A DNA stretch of 63,974 bases, filler included, from Octopus bimaculoides (GCF_001194135.2; 6 parts of 6 records of this genome joined end to end with filler, not necessarily neighbours in it); one strand, 5' to 3'; shown: positions 1-13,460, counted from the first letter of the whole stretch. The notes: generated from the letters alone by a model not told the origin. Numbers and translations are program-made.

Positions 1-133
1 GGTACAGAGTATAAACTGGTAAAAGTTTTTATTTTTCATTCTCTTTCGAAATTATCCCTACTTTTGTGGTATAGAGTTTTTTTGCTGCTATTTCTAGCGG
101 GTTAGATGTCCTATTATAGGCATCTCTATATTT

Positions 134-176
<43 letters not shown>

Positions 177-1652
177 ATGTATGTATTATGTATATATACA
201 CATACAGGTATGTGTACAAATATTTGAACATGCACTCCTACACACGAGCATATGTTTCGTCATTCAGTTTGCATTCATTACTTCGTGGCCGAACTTATAT
301 TTATATCACAGGCTCACGGCAAGCGGCATTGGTCATATCCCCAACTGATTTAGAATTTAGTGGTTAGTAAACTGCGTGAATGAATCTATTACTCGATTTT
401 AAATTATCTTGTGAGGTTTAAGTGTCAAAAAGTGCTCCAAGGTAAGAGCATTCGTAAGATATTTCCATTACATTGCTAAGATAAGATATTACAAATGTGA
501 AAGCGTTCACTTCATTACTCTTGTACAATCCGATCGCTTAATATTGAAGCTATCGCGTTCCTTTTATATTTATGACATGGTTTCAAGGTAATTCATGTCT
601 TTCTACACTAGCTGAAGAAGCGAGTTGACACAGAAATTTCGAGATGTTCTGGAAAATTTCAAATATCTCATTTTATTTATTTCATATGCATATTAGTCAT
701 AAATCCAACTATTTTGTATTTAATTGTAGTGGTGTACTCGCAATGGGTAATATCTGGATTGGATATCTAAAGGGTACCGTGTAATATATATATATATATA
801 TCTGCTGAATTAGCATCTCTAGTAATTTCAGTCCATTGCAGCTATTTTTGTTTTTTTACCCAGCTGGTAAAATTGTGCATCAGGCATTCTGAAGATATGC
901 AATACTTTTGGCAATATAAGAAGTTCAGATTTCAGCGACGTTGTACATATTTATTTTATGTTGTTCTAATATTTTAATATTACTAACATATGTTAATTGA
1001 TTCTTCATTCTGGCAGCCGATTTCAGCATTTCCATATCAATTTCTCAATTAATTTTTCTGTTATTTCTCCATGCTAGCATTTTGTGAAAGTATCAAATTT
1101 TCCAGATAGTCAAGGTTGTGCTCTGTGTGTATTGTATTCATCCAAGTAAATTGGGAATTGGGAAGTCATATAAAATGTGGTAAGATGGATGGTTAAATGC
1201 CTAATAGATTTTTTTGTGCTTCCTTTTAGGTTTCATATCGAGTCGACTAATGGTTTCTATTGCCTTTTGTTTAACAACTGCTTCAAATTAATAAGATGCA
1301 TCCCTATCTTATCCTTACTCATGTTATTATAAACTAATGACAATAATAATTTACGTTACACCCTATTATGTTTTATTCCGAAATATGAAACCCAGTATTT
1401 ATTATATCCATTGTTATATTAGAGGGAATGAAATGACAAAACATAGACGAAGCTGTTATTTAAACTGATTTAAAGGTAAATTCAAACGCACATACACGCA
1501 TACGTGCACATAATCGCAGCCTCACACGCACTCACGCGCATACATGCATATAACCGCAGATGCACACGTACAAGCATACACACACAGACACATTGAAGCA
1601 TGATACACTCGCATAACACAAACACACAACAAAAAATTCAACGATTTTGCGG

Positions 1653-1654
<2 letters not shown>

Positions 1655-1740
<86 letters not shown>
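1655..1740. repeat. (CA)n microsatellite, representative of dozens of di- and tetranucleotide tracts in the window
   Basis: Direct: uninterrupted CA repeat of about 86 bp. Confidence 0.98.
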
Positions 1741-1742
<2 letters not shown>

Positions 1743-2589
1743 GCTTTTTGAAGATTTCGTCTTTGAAATTCTAATTGCAAGATTAAAGTCAACTCGAGGC
1801 TGTAAGGAAAGATACCTTGTTTGTAGAACGAATTAGTGGAACTGAACGCTGAACTATATGGAAACCTCTGGAATAATGGCTCAGTATTTCGTTGATCAGA
1901 TTATGTGAAGGGAATCAGCATTCAAATATATAACAAAGATATCAACAAATACATTGAACTACGGCCAGTCAACAATACGTTACATTATGAGTGTTTGCAA
2001 ATTCATCTGCATATTGTTCCATGATATTTTCATCTATACATGTACTAAAATTCAAAATGTTCCCTCTCTTCTGTAGTATATGCATGTGACATGTAAAAAA
2101 TACAGCTACTCTGGTTGATAAAATTTTGATGAATATATGAATGTTTTTTTCTTTCTAATTATATGATCCTCTATCTGACTTTCACCAGACTAATAATTAT
2201 ATATATAGTGGTTGTTATAGTTGCATACATTTTAACTAGTTGTTAGTTCAATAGACGCGATGGGCGTGCTTGCCAAAATTAACTTCCACGGATTTATGAT
2301 TTTTGGTTAAAAATTGCAAAACACTGAAATATAAATTAATAAAGGACTGAACCAGTGCGTGTGTTTATTACCGGCATAATGCCTCTCCCAAGATTTAATT
2401 GTATTTCTTTCAACACACGTATCCACATCAAGAATCTTGCACACGAAATACACTTACGAAACTGAAATATCTAGTTATACTTTTTCCGGAAGAAAGAGAT
2501 TGCAACTACTAGAACAATTGAAGGCAATTCTGAAAACATTAGGAGTTTAACGTTTAAATACATACAGACGACGGTTGTACAAAGGTATT

Positions 2590-3500
2590 AGTATTATGTA
2601 AGCGAAAGATGAGTAAAGACTCAACGAAAGATAGAGAGAATAAAACAGCATAAAAAGAAAGGAATAGAGGGAAAGAAAAAGAAAGTGGGAAAACATAAAT
2701 GAAAATGAAGGGAATGTGTAGAAAACATCGAACTGAGAAGTGTGAGAAAGAAAGTCGTTGAGAAGTGTGCTTTGACTGTTCGTTACTGTATCATAAATGG
2801 TTCAGAGTTTTGTATTTGAAGAATATGCATACATTTATTAGGGAGAAAGAGTAAGAGTGAAAGTAGATGACAAGAAGAGTGAGATACTAAGCCTATATAA
2901 GTGTTATAAAACAAAGAGAAGTGAGAGAAGCTAAAAGCCGAAAGAAAATATTTGACGAGGGGAAAAATGAGTGTCAGAAAATTATTATATAATAATAGAG
3001 CTGTGACGCAGTAATATTACGTAAATATGCGTAAAAAAGAAATAGAGGGAGGGGGAGAAAGGGAAGGAGAGAGAGAGAGAGAGAGGAAGAAAGAAAGAGA
3101 GCGCGAGAGAAAAAGAGAGAGTGAGAGCGAGATAGCGAGAGAGAAGAAAATATTGAAAATGTACATGTGGTGGTGAGTGATGTATGAAAAATACTGTTAA
3201 TGAAAAGGAAAAGAAAGGAAGAATAAAAAATTGGGGAAAAACAGAGATGCAAGGGAAGAAAAATAATTAACGGCAGGCAGGAGAAAGACAAAGGAATTTT
3301 TAAAAATAGATATAACATAGTAAAAAGCAAAAGCAATGGAATAAAATAAATTAAGGTGAAAAATGTTTGCAATAAAATGAAATCAAGCAAACTGAAAATG
3401 TTCGCAATGAAATAAAAGAGCAAATTCCAACAAACGAAATAGGAAAGTGTGCAATAATCAGTAGAAGAAAGTATGTCTTTTGTTAGAAGTGGGAAAAAAG
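2590..3500. repeat. Purine-rich (GA/AAAG) low-complexity region
   Basis: Direct: about 900 bp of strongly A/G-biased sequence. It explains the spurious F/L/S-rich minus-strand ORF 2974-3423. Confidence 0.85.
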
Positions 3501-3569
3501 TGGGGAGACACCTGTTAACTAAAACTTTACAATCTTATGTGAAGTACATTGAAATAATATTTAATTACT

Positions 3570-3800
3570 AGAGCATTTTTGATCCTCTCATTAAGTTAGA
3601 GTAAATGTATAAGAGCTTTCCACAAAGAATTGAAAAATTTCAATTCAGTGAATTTCTAAAAGGATTGAAGAGTTTTGAAGACGTTCTACCTATAAGTTCA
3701 CCGTGTATTCAATCTGTGGGCAGGATAATGTTTCACAGGATAAACTTACTTTTTGACGATATTGTGAGACTAGCTCCTTTCTTTAATTCAGAAAGATTTG
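3570..3800 (-). mobile_element. Decayed CR1/L2-like LINE reverse-transcriptase C-terminal fragment
   Basis: Minus-strand translation CETLSCPQIEYTVNL*VERLQNSSILLE aligns by eye to the CR1/L2 motif [28 protein letters not shown] (TAG where W is expected). KFT and LNERIKN follow after frameshifts. Confidence 0.4.
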
Positions 3801-4410
3801 GGAGATATTAAAATGAAAAATTTCTCGCTAATAGTAGCACAGCAGGAACAAGTTGTGTCAGAATATTGTTTGGGAAATTCTATTACTAATCAAGTTATCT
3901 TGATGATCTGCAACCCCTATATGTTTGGTTGCCAAACAGATTACAAGTGTGAGTTGGTGTTTCTGTATATGGGGTCTAGAATGAGTATGTGTTACATGGG
4001 TATCTACTTTTGAAGGTATGCTCTATTAAGATACAGTAAACATATATGTTCTGTCAACCAATTTCATTTTGGCACAGTATACATCGACTGTAACTATGTC
4101 TCTGACATAGTTACAGTCGAGAGCACATAATCTAAAGTTCCAATACTTACACTGAGATTCTTTAAGTAACTGAATACTGTTGTAGTAGCCTCTCTTATTA
4201 ATTTTCACATAAACACATACATACATGTATAGATACTTACATACTTCATACCCCCCGCCCCCCACATTAACGTATGGAGACAGAATGAGATTTGGCAAAT
4301 TAGTGATAATTTGAAAATCCATCATTATATATATATATATATAATATAATATATGTATTTATCTGTCTAATCTATATATCTATCTCTCTTTCTCTCTCTC
4401 TATATATATT

Positions 4411-4492
<82 letters not shown>

Positions 4493-5794
4493 AATATTAA
4501 CGTATATAGAGAGATTGAAAGTTGGCAAATTAGCGATAATTTGAAAATCCATCACTATATTTTATTTAATTTGATTTATAAAAATCAATTATATTGATTT
4601 TATTAATTATCAATTATCAATCTCACATACTCATTCATCTGCACATGTGTAGGCACTTACGTTCCCCCTTTTCCTGCCTACAAACCTACCTGCTTTCATA
4701 ATTACTTACTTTCTACCGACTTATATACTAATGAAGATCACGAAGTAGAAATAGTTTGTTATTCAGTCAGTATAGAGAGTAAATAACCTCGAGTAAATAA
4801 GCTTTTTCCCTTCGCGGTATATATTCTTATTCCCGTTTCAAAGTCGAGTTTTCACTTTCGCTTGCTACATAAATATATCTACCTTTCTGCTTACAACTTC
4901 TTAAAACATTCCGAGTTCTATCCGTTGGTTAGAATGCTTCACTGTTTGTTCCAGCTTTCCATGTTCCGAGTCCAAAAGTTGATTCATACCGACATCCGTG
5001 TGGACTGGATTCTTCTACATCCCAGAATAAGCTATGTTCCGCTGCATGACTGATCGTGGTGCATACACAAAATGATTATTTCTCTAGATATGTGCAAGGT
5101 TTGATAGAGAGGCTAACAATCTCTTCCCACTATAAAACTTATCTGCTACAAAATATGTCGGAAGGCGGAGCAAAATGCAATAGAGAACAGAAATAAAGAC
5201 AAAAGACATCTACTACACCTCACTACCAATTCAATATGTCAATGTGATCTCAAAATACAAAACTATCGAACTTCAAAGCAATGAAGGAATATCTATAAGT
5301 TTTCTAGAACAGCTTGAAATAACAGTAAGCTATTTCCAAACTATACTGTACCATTAATAAATGAAGAACAAATTCTTAATGTAGTCACGTATTCTCTTTT
5401 CTTGAAATAAATTCGAGTGTTCCACCCAATAACGTCTAATCTATCTATCTATCTATATGTCTGTCTGTCTGTCTGTCTATTTACGCACACATGCAAATAT
5501 ATATATATAATCACGCATACGCACACAAACTCAAACACAAACAGAACACATACATACACACTCATGCGGAACCAACCAGGGAGCGGTCTATGTGAACACC
5601 CAATCTTATAGACATAGTGGCCAAAACCCCAACAGATTCTACTGCGCCGTCTTTTTAGTGGAAAACTCATCACGTGTAGTCTTACGTGCAGTATGCCTGA
5701 TTGAAAACAATGTGATCCTTAGTAAATTACTTTTGATCACAGATACATTAAAAATAATGAGAGCATTCATGCATAAATACTTACCCACGGCACA

Positions 5795-5859
<65 letters not shown>

Positions 5860-6838
5860 CTACCTGTCTTGCATACCTATCTATATACCAACACACATAT
5901 GGTACATGACTACCTGTCAACGCAGATACCCTGCTTCTTAAGCTATTGAAATTGTCCCCGTGCATACCTAGATGTCGAAGCAGTTTATTTTCACATTCAC
6001 AGTTATACTGAAATCTTTTTGAACAATACAAGCCAGAGCATAACTGATAGATATTCGTAAATATAACGAAAATGTAGAATCATTTGCTTCAACTCCAATA
6101 CCTAAATTTATTGCATATGGGATATAACATGTCACCATTTCTTGCATACCATATTCGAATTTGAATATTTCCACGTTTCTGTGTCCGTTTATTATTTATT
6201 TCTTTATCTATTTATATTTTTTTCTTCATTTTATTACTGTTGCTATTATTTTGTAAAAACAAAACTGCCTTTGAAATTACTTCCTCGTATCTTTAGACGA
6301 CATCTTCAGAATATATAAACAAACAAATAAGAATATAAATAAATCTATACGTAACTACAGAATGATAGTCATGCTATTCAATACGGGTTAGAAGTTCATA
6401 TTCACAAGCCTTCAAATTCTCAACACATATAGCTATGCAGGAAGAAACTTGGAAGTTAAAAAAGTTAAAATCGACAAAGAGGAAAAAGTAGAAAGCAAAC
6501 GAAAGAAACATGTGTGCTGAGATGGGCGGTCGTGAAGGAAAGTCAATAGAATCCCCATAATGGCTGGACCAATCTTAACATATATCAAGAATATAATATG
6601 AACTACGATAGCCACAGGGTGTATACAAACAGTTCACTTCTCTGTGTGCTTTCTTTCGATCAGATAAAAAAAATGTTTGCACTATGACCGATTCCTTTAC
6701 GACCACATTTATGACAATGATAAGAATGAATGGTGATGGAAATATATAAATACTTATACACGTTTGTACATACGTTTGTAGAGACATACGTGCATACATG
6801 CATACACACATAAACACACATATTCATACATACATATG

Positions 6839-6901
<63 letters not shown>

Positions 6902-6925
6902 TATGTATTTACGCTTATTTATATA

Positions 6926-7159
6926 CAGGGTTGGCCAAATCTCACCCGATAGTGAATCAAAATTCCATAAATACTTAATGTTCAACTTCATTTATTGATT
7001 TGGAAAAATGGTGTCGCTAAGGAAGGACTTAAGTTTGATGAATTTTCATGATATTTCATATTTAGATGCTTTTATTAAGTTCATTCGTTTGTTAAAGATA
7101 AATAGTTTTTGGAATTAAATAGTTTTCAATTACTGCCACGTGACTTTTGACCAACCCTG
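6926..7159. mobile_element. Tc1/mariner-type MITE (234 bp)
   Basis: 20-bp TIRs CAGGGTTGGCCAAATCTCAC and GTGACTTTTGACCAACCCTG (17/20 complementary). TA on the left flank, in a TA-rich context. Confidence 0.75.
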
Positions 7160-7180
7160 TTTATATATATATATATTATT

Positions 7181-7424
7181 CTTTTATTCATTTATTCTTT
7201 TACTTGTTTCAGTCATTTGACTGCCGCCATGCTGGAGCACAGCATTTAGTCGAGCAAATTGACCCCGGGACTTAGTCTTTGTAAGCCTAGTACTTATTTT
7301 ATCGGTCTATTTTGCCGAACCGCAAAGTTACGGGGGGACGTAAGCACACCAGCATCGGTTGTCAAGGATGTGGGGGGAACAATGACAGACACACAAACAC
7401 ATACACACACATATACATATATTT

Positions 7425-7500
<76 letters not shown>

Positions 7501-7650
7501 AGTTATGTAAATACGACAGGCTTCTTTCAGTTTCTGTCTACAAAATCCACTCACAAAACTTTGGTCGGCCCGAGGCTATAGTATAAGATACTTGCACAAA
7601 GTGCCATGCAGTGGAACTGAACCCGGAACCATGTGGTAGGTAAGCAAGCT
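7181..7650 (-). mobile_element. tRNA-headed SINE, family A (CORE-like), near full length
   Basis: Same sequence recurs at 26951, 40111, 44641, 47966, 48847 and 63928. Minus strand shows B-box-like GGTTCAGTTCC, a CORE-like GGCACTTTGTGCAAGT segment, an internal microsatellite and a GTAAAAGA-repeat tail. Confidence 0.9.
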
Positions 7651-8841
7651 GTGCGTATTCACTTTTCATGCGAGAACGGCTTCACCAATTACTTCCATAC
7701 TTGTGATGCATGAATAATTTGACCTCGGACATATTATAGGGTCTTCATTTGATTTTTTTACTAAAAACTTTTTTAAATAAAAATATTGCTTTTTATATTA
7801 CATTTACGTCTTTCAAAGATTTTAATATTTTTACTTCCGGTTTTCTCGCGTCGGTAACGAAACATCTCTCTTTATATGTATCTCTCTATCCATCTCTCTC
7901 TATCTACCTTTATCTCTCTGTAACATATCTCTCTATCTATATCTCTTGTTTTCACTTTCATTTTACAGACCCTATTCTTTTCACTTTCAATTTTCATATA
8001 CCATTGTTTAACTTCCATGTTATTATTTTCACTGTAAGTCTAAGTTTTGAATCGCTATTTACAAACAAACACCGACAAATTACTGACAGAAATAACTTCA
8101 CAATTACTTATGTAAGTAATTTCATAATTTACCGACAGAAGTATCTACCTAAATTTCACTTCGATCTGTACGGTCTTGTGTTTACCTGTTATTGACAGTT
8201 TATTTCTGATTCCTTCCATAGCGGTTCTTTGGTTCAAGAATTTGGGTGACAAATTTCCCTTCATCCCCTACAATACTTTCTTTTAAAATATATTATTTAG
8301 TTTCTGCCCGTCATATTAAGAACTACAGAAGTCTGCCCCCAAACACAATTTCCATGATCATAACTGCCAGAATTATCGATATTTTTAAATAAAATTATCT
8401 ACGAATATGTGTTCTATCATGTCAGTTTCGAATATATAAACTTTTGTGGGTAAGTGTTTTAGGAGGGGTTGGGGATTTTCTAAAAATTCACCCATGTCTA
8501 CTTCAATTCGTCTTAACTATCAAGAAAATGGATATTTTCAAATGAAATTCTCTACATTAGATTCACTTCTTTAAAAAGGTTTCGCATTGTCAAATTCCGG
8601 TATTGACATAAAAACGGTGAAATCTTTCCCTGACTAAATTTCAATGTTTTCTTTTCAAGTTTTAATTCGCTATTGGTAAACAACTACGATAAATTACTGA
8701 AAGAAATATTTACTAGGTTCACAAATTTAAATATTTGGTACAGAACACTTTTCAATGTACTTTTATTTATACGATGTTTTCATTCCACGTTCATCTCATT
8801 CATTGCTTGCAATATTCTCTCACTCTCTCTCTCTCTGTCTC

Positions 8842-8873
<32 letters not shown>

Positions 8874-9416
8874 ACACACACACACTAGGTTTAATTTCTT
8901 TATTACACAAACATCACGTAAACATTTTGCAATTAAACAAGTGGCGCCCAAAAAATATGGGCATAATTTTGCTGGAACTTGCTCGCTTCGTTTATTTACG
9001 TAAAAATATTGTATTTATTTTCCTTTTCACGCCGTGTTCAGCTCTATGTAATTATAAGTCACACATACTCACATGTGTTTGTATGTACGTTTGTATACAT
9101 TTATGTATGGTGTGTGTGAGTGATTGAAGGAGCGTGTTGTCATGTATTCGTACATACATAAATACATATGCATACAACTTTTCTGTATGTATGTGTGTAT
9201 GTGTGTGTGAGAGAGAGAGAGAGGGAAAGTGATGTCTAAGTGACACTCCCTCTCTCTTTCACACACGCACACTTACATGCAAGAAAGTTGTACGCCTATT
9301 ATTTATGTACGTACGTATATATGACAGCGCACCGCTTCACTTTCTCTCTCTCTCTCTCTCTTACATACCTCCCTTTCATCTGTATTTTGATATTGTATGC
9401 ATATGTATCTATATAC

Positions 9417-9475
<59 letters not shown>

Positions 9476-9477
9476 GT

Positions 9478-10912
9478 GTTCCACGATCTTCAGAAAAATG
9501 CAGAGGAATTTTTCTTGATGCTCCTGGTGACACACGTAAAACATTTGTAACATTACTTCTCAATAAAGCAAGGAAAAAAAATTGCAGTTGCTGTACCACT
9601 GTCTGGCTTTGCTGCCACCATTCTCCCAGGAGGACGAACAGCTCATTCTGCTTTTAAATTACACTAAACATGGTCACAAGTGACAGTCTAATTTGTAACA
9701 TAAGAAAAGATTCAGGTTCAGCAGAAGTGTTGTGCCAATGCTACCTTATCATTTGAGATGAATGCACCATGTCGCATAGAGGTGCAATGGAAGTTCTTGG
9801 CAATACCTTACAGGACATCAGGAGCAACAATAAATTTATGGGAGGTGTTACATTAATCTTATCAGGAGACTTCAGACAGACATTACCAGTCATTCTGAGA
9901 CAAACAACATCTGAAATAAAAGCATGCGTTAAGTCGTCACTCTTATGGAATAAAGTACCGAAATTCTCCTTCAATACTAACGTGCCAGCTTCAGTACATG
10001 CGGACCAATGTATAAAACAGTATTCAACCTGCCTCCTCCAAATACGAAATGGGAAAGTACCATTTGATAGGAATTATGATATCAGTTTGGCTCATATTGC
10101 TATCATGGTGGATTCCCCAGCTCAATTGAAGAACTGGACTTAAGAAATAATTATAATTCACATAAATAGTTGTGTGAAAGGTCAATTCTTAATCCAAAAA
10201 GATGAGACAGTTGCAAGAATTAACCGTGAATTAATGAATAAGATTCCAGCAGTCATTAATAAGAGCAAATCAGTTGATTCATTCCTTTATGAAAATCAAA
10301 CTGTCCATTACCTATCAGAGATCCTTAATTCTCTTGAACCAACTGGAATTCCTCCACATAAACTTTTTCTGAAGGTAGGAGTCCCAATAATGCTTCTAAG
10401 AAATTTAGATCCTACTAAATTATGAAATGGGACAGGGTTGATTGTGCAGACATTATCACCACCTATTGTAATAGAAGCCAAAATCATCACTGGATGTGCC
10501 TCTGAGGAAGCGATTTTCGTTCCAAGAATTCCAATCAAACCAACAGACATGCCCTTTGAGTTCAAACAAACACAATTCCCAGTGCGACTTTCCTTTGCAA
10601 TGTCTATTAATACAGCTCAAGGTCAGTCTTTGAAATCTACTGGCTTGATTTTCTCATGGTCAACTTTGTTGGTTGCTCCAGGGTAGGTAGTTTGCAAAAT
10701 TTATTTGTCTTTGCTCCAAAGCAGAAAACAAAGAATGTTGTTTATCCAGAAGCTCTTACATAATGTCCTTCAACATATGTAGTAGAATTTATCTCCTTTC
10801 ATAAAAGTTGTAAATTTTGTATTTTCGTTTATTATTATTATTATTTTATTATTCTTCTTCCAATATGTAAGGAAAGATTCCATTCCCGGGCCACGCCGGG
10901 TGCCTCTGCTGG
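9478..10912 (+). mobile_element. 5'-truncated Helitron (PIF1 helicase region plus intact 3' terminus)
   Basis: Helicase motifs (see next feature), then hairpin CCCGG-GCCACG-CCGGG at 10885-10900 and CTGG|T at 10909-10913, matching the Helitron hairpin + CTRR end inserted before T. Confidence 0.9.
9490..10763 (+). pseudogene. Helitron PIF1-family helicase pseudogene with multiple frameshifts and stops
   Basis: Translations include IFLDAPGDTRKTF (degenerate Walker A), AATILPGGRTAHSAFKL, GGVTLILSGDFRQTLPVI, PPHKLFLKVGVPIMLLRNLDP, QFPVRLSFAMSINTAQGQSL and terminal KNVVYPEALT*. Confidence 0.93.
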
Positions 10913-11290
10913 TATGTATGTATGTATGTATGTATGTATGTATGTATGTATNNNNNNNNNNNNNNNNNNNNNNNNNNNNNNNNNNNNNNNNNNNNNNNNN
11001 NNNNNNNNNNNNNNNNNNNNNNNATATATATATATATATATATATATACACACGCAAAAATATACAAACGCAGTTAAAGAGCCAATAGATGCACATGAAA
11101 TATGTTCTGATCCCATCTATCTATCTATCTATCTATCTATCTGTAAGTTTGTTTGCTTATCTGTCTATCTGTCGCTGTTTGTCTGTCTGACTTTATTTTT
11201 CTTTATTAATTTATCTTACTAACTTTAGTTCTTATTCACTCTCTTTCCCCCTCTCTACATACATATTCATAGTTGATGTCCGATGCCTGA

Positions 11291-12493
11291 TACTGTAGAT
11301 ATTTAGGAATTGATGAACATCTGTGCTTTGATGGAAACTGGAACAAGGCAGAAGTAAACAAAGAATATAAAAACCGGATAAAGAAATATCTGTATACAAT
11401 AAAACTGTAGCCCACAATGTGTTTGCTGTCCACCACTCGTAGCTGCATCTCTGCAACTCTGTAGGACGTTATATAACATGCAAGAGTTTGATGTTAAAAT
11501 CTGTAAACTAAGTATACCCATAACTTCCACAATGACAGTGATACAGAATACCCCTGTAGTGGCCGAGAATCGATTGCGACAACAACCTATGGAATGTCAC
11601 AGAATCCAAATGTCGAAGTCCATCCATAGAACAAATGTGCATTCATGAGGAAGATAACATCAAGTGAATCGAAAGGAACTTCTCGGAAAATATTCTTTGG
11701 ACGAAGATCTGGATTATAAACAAAGAGAAATTGCATAACTGTAGCGCAACAGTTCGTGAGAATAAACGTTGTATTCACAGCAGTCATAGGTCATACATAT
11801 TTATGTGGCCAGAAAGCTTCAAAGTGAAAAACAAGATAGATAATTATTAGTATTTTCTCATGGACCAACATCGCGTATATTAGCATTCAGTTAAATTTAT
11901 CATTTTCAATACAGGAATAAGACATAACAAAGAAACACCTCTCGTACAAAAGGTATAGGGATACAGGTGAAACACCTAGGCAGATTAATTCTCTCTCTGT
12001 AAAACACATTATAAACAATTTTCCCAAAATACCATTACGGTTAAATATTTCATGTGGGGTATGACGGAAAGCCAAACATTGTGCAATGCATTCCGTGGGA
12101 AACATTCTAAGTATAGATATATATGATGTTTCAATGATGTATATTGCCTAATTACTCATAGTGACTATGCTGCTTATTTCATTGACTACTAATGGAATGA
12201 TCTGGGAGAGAAGAAAAAATTATACTCAACATCGGAAATCAGTCAACAACAAAACTCAACATAATGTTAAAAATTAGTAGAAAAAAAAATTACAAACTCA
12301 TTAGATATCTCTATGTACGCCACTGCTCTGAATTTACTGGTATCATCATTAAGGCACTTGAATATCAGACTAGCTCGGCATCCACTTTGAGTAGCTGGGC
12401 TTCAAGAAACCACAACCATTTAAGAAATTACAGATAGAAACTATTAACGGCAGCATGAGACAACGTAATAAATTTTACAAATTTAGCATGTAA
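11291..12493 (+). mobile_element. Decayed R4/Dong-clade (RLE-type) non-LTR retrotransposon 3' half
   Basis: Frameshifted + strand peptides YCRYLGIDEHLCFDGNWNKAEVNKEYKNRIKK, YNKTVAHNVFAV, QEFDVKICKL, HNFHNDSD, FSIQE*DITKKHLSYKR and C-terminal KKLQIETINGSMRQRNKFYKFSM*. These fall in the order expected for the RT thumb to C-terminus of R4/Dong ORFs (recalled family consensus). Confidence 0.7.
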
Positions 12494-12710
12494 TAAGTAT
12501 GCATACCTACATACATAAATACGTACTGGAACTGTAAAAACCTGTAAAACTTTCCAGAAGTTTATCATTTAAATATATATGAGCATGTCTAGATATGCAA
12601 GTATATGCATGAGAATACATACATAGAACATACAAATCTGCACATACATACATGCATGATACATATATACATACGTCATGCATGCATACATACATACATA
12701 CATACATACA

Positions 12711-12963
12711 TGTGTTGGCACTCCGTCGCTTACGACGTCGAGGGTTCCGCCGATCCGATCAACGGAACAGACTGCTCATGAAATTAACGTGCAAGTGGCT
12801 GAGCACTCCACAGACACGTGTACCCTTAACGTAGTTCTCGGGGATATTCAGCGTGACACAGTGACAAGGCTGACCCTTTGAAATACAGGTACAGCAGAAA
12901 CAGGAAGAAAGAGTGAGAGAAAATTGTGGTGAGAGAGTACAGCAGGGTTCACCATCACCCCTG
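12711..12963 (-). repeat. Fragment of a dispersed SINE-like repeat
   Basis: GC-richer block (GATCAACGGAACAGACTGCTCATGAAATTAACGTGCAAGTGGCTGAGCACTCC...) recognised as an abundant octopus interspersed repeat. Single copy in this window, so family assignment is from recall only. Confidence 0.45.
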
Positions 12964-13414
12964 TTGTTGATGTTGAAATTCCAATGAAGGAGCCTTGAAA
13001 ATAAGTTAGAAACCAGTTCTTTCTCTATTGGCAAAAAATCTAGAAATGAACTGAATAATGACATACATACATACATATGTACGTACACACACATATACAC
13101 ACGCACACACATATGTATCTATGTATGTATACTTATTAAATGTTAAATTTGTAAAATTTATTACGTACTTTCATGTGATCGGCTTGAAAAATTAAAATAT
13201 TAAGATATTTTCTGAATATGAAACCAATGGTAGCCTTAATACACAAATAAGGAAATTTTATCCACCAATGCGGTTTTGAGCATTCATTCTCATTGTATGA
13301 CATTTCCATAAATAAATAAATAAATATATATATATAGTTGAAATTTACATGAAACAAAAGACAGATATATAAACAACAAGCAGGTGTATTAGTTTGACGC
13401 TCAGGAAGGTGAGA

Positions 13415-13460
13415 ATGTCTTTTACGTTTCGAGCCTACGCTCTTCAACAGAAAAGAACAC
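13415..13460 (-). ncRNA. Hammerhead-ribozyme-like motif (type I, PLE-type), variant core
   Basis: Minus strand gtgttctttt CTGTTGA A GAGC gtag GCTC GAAA CGTA aaagacat. Helix II is 4 bp, helix III is the palindrome ACGT with a GUA site, and helix I is aaagacat with gtg(t)tcttt. A6 is replaced by U. Confidence 0.5.

Noticed and set aside
4862-5110. Non-repetitive block with short open frames on both strands
   Set aside because: No recognisable motif or convincing splice sites.
11232-11787. Minus-strand ORFs with a GPCR-like AIDSRP and a nicotinic loop-C-like YDCCEY
   Set aside because: The + strand gives a collinear series of R4/Dong LINE motifs, so the antisense resemblances are coincidental.
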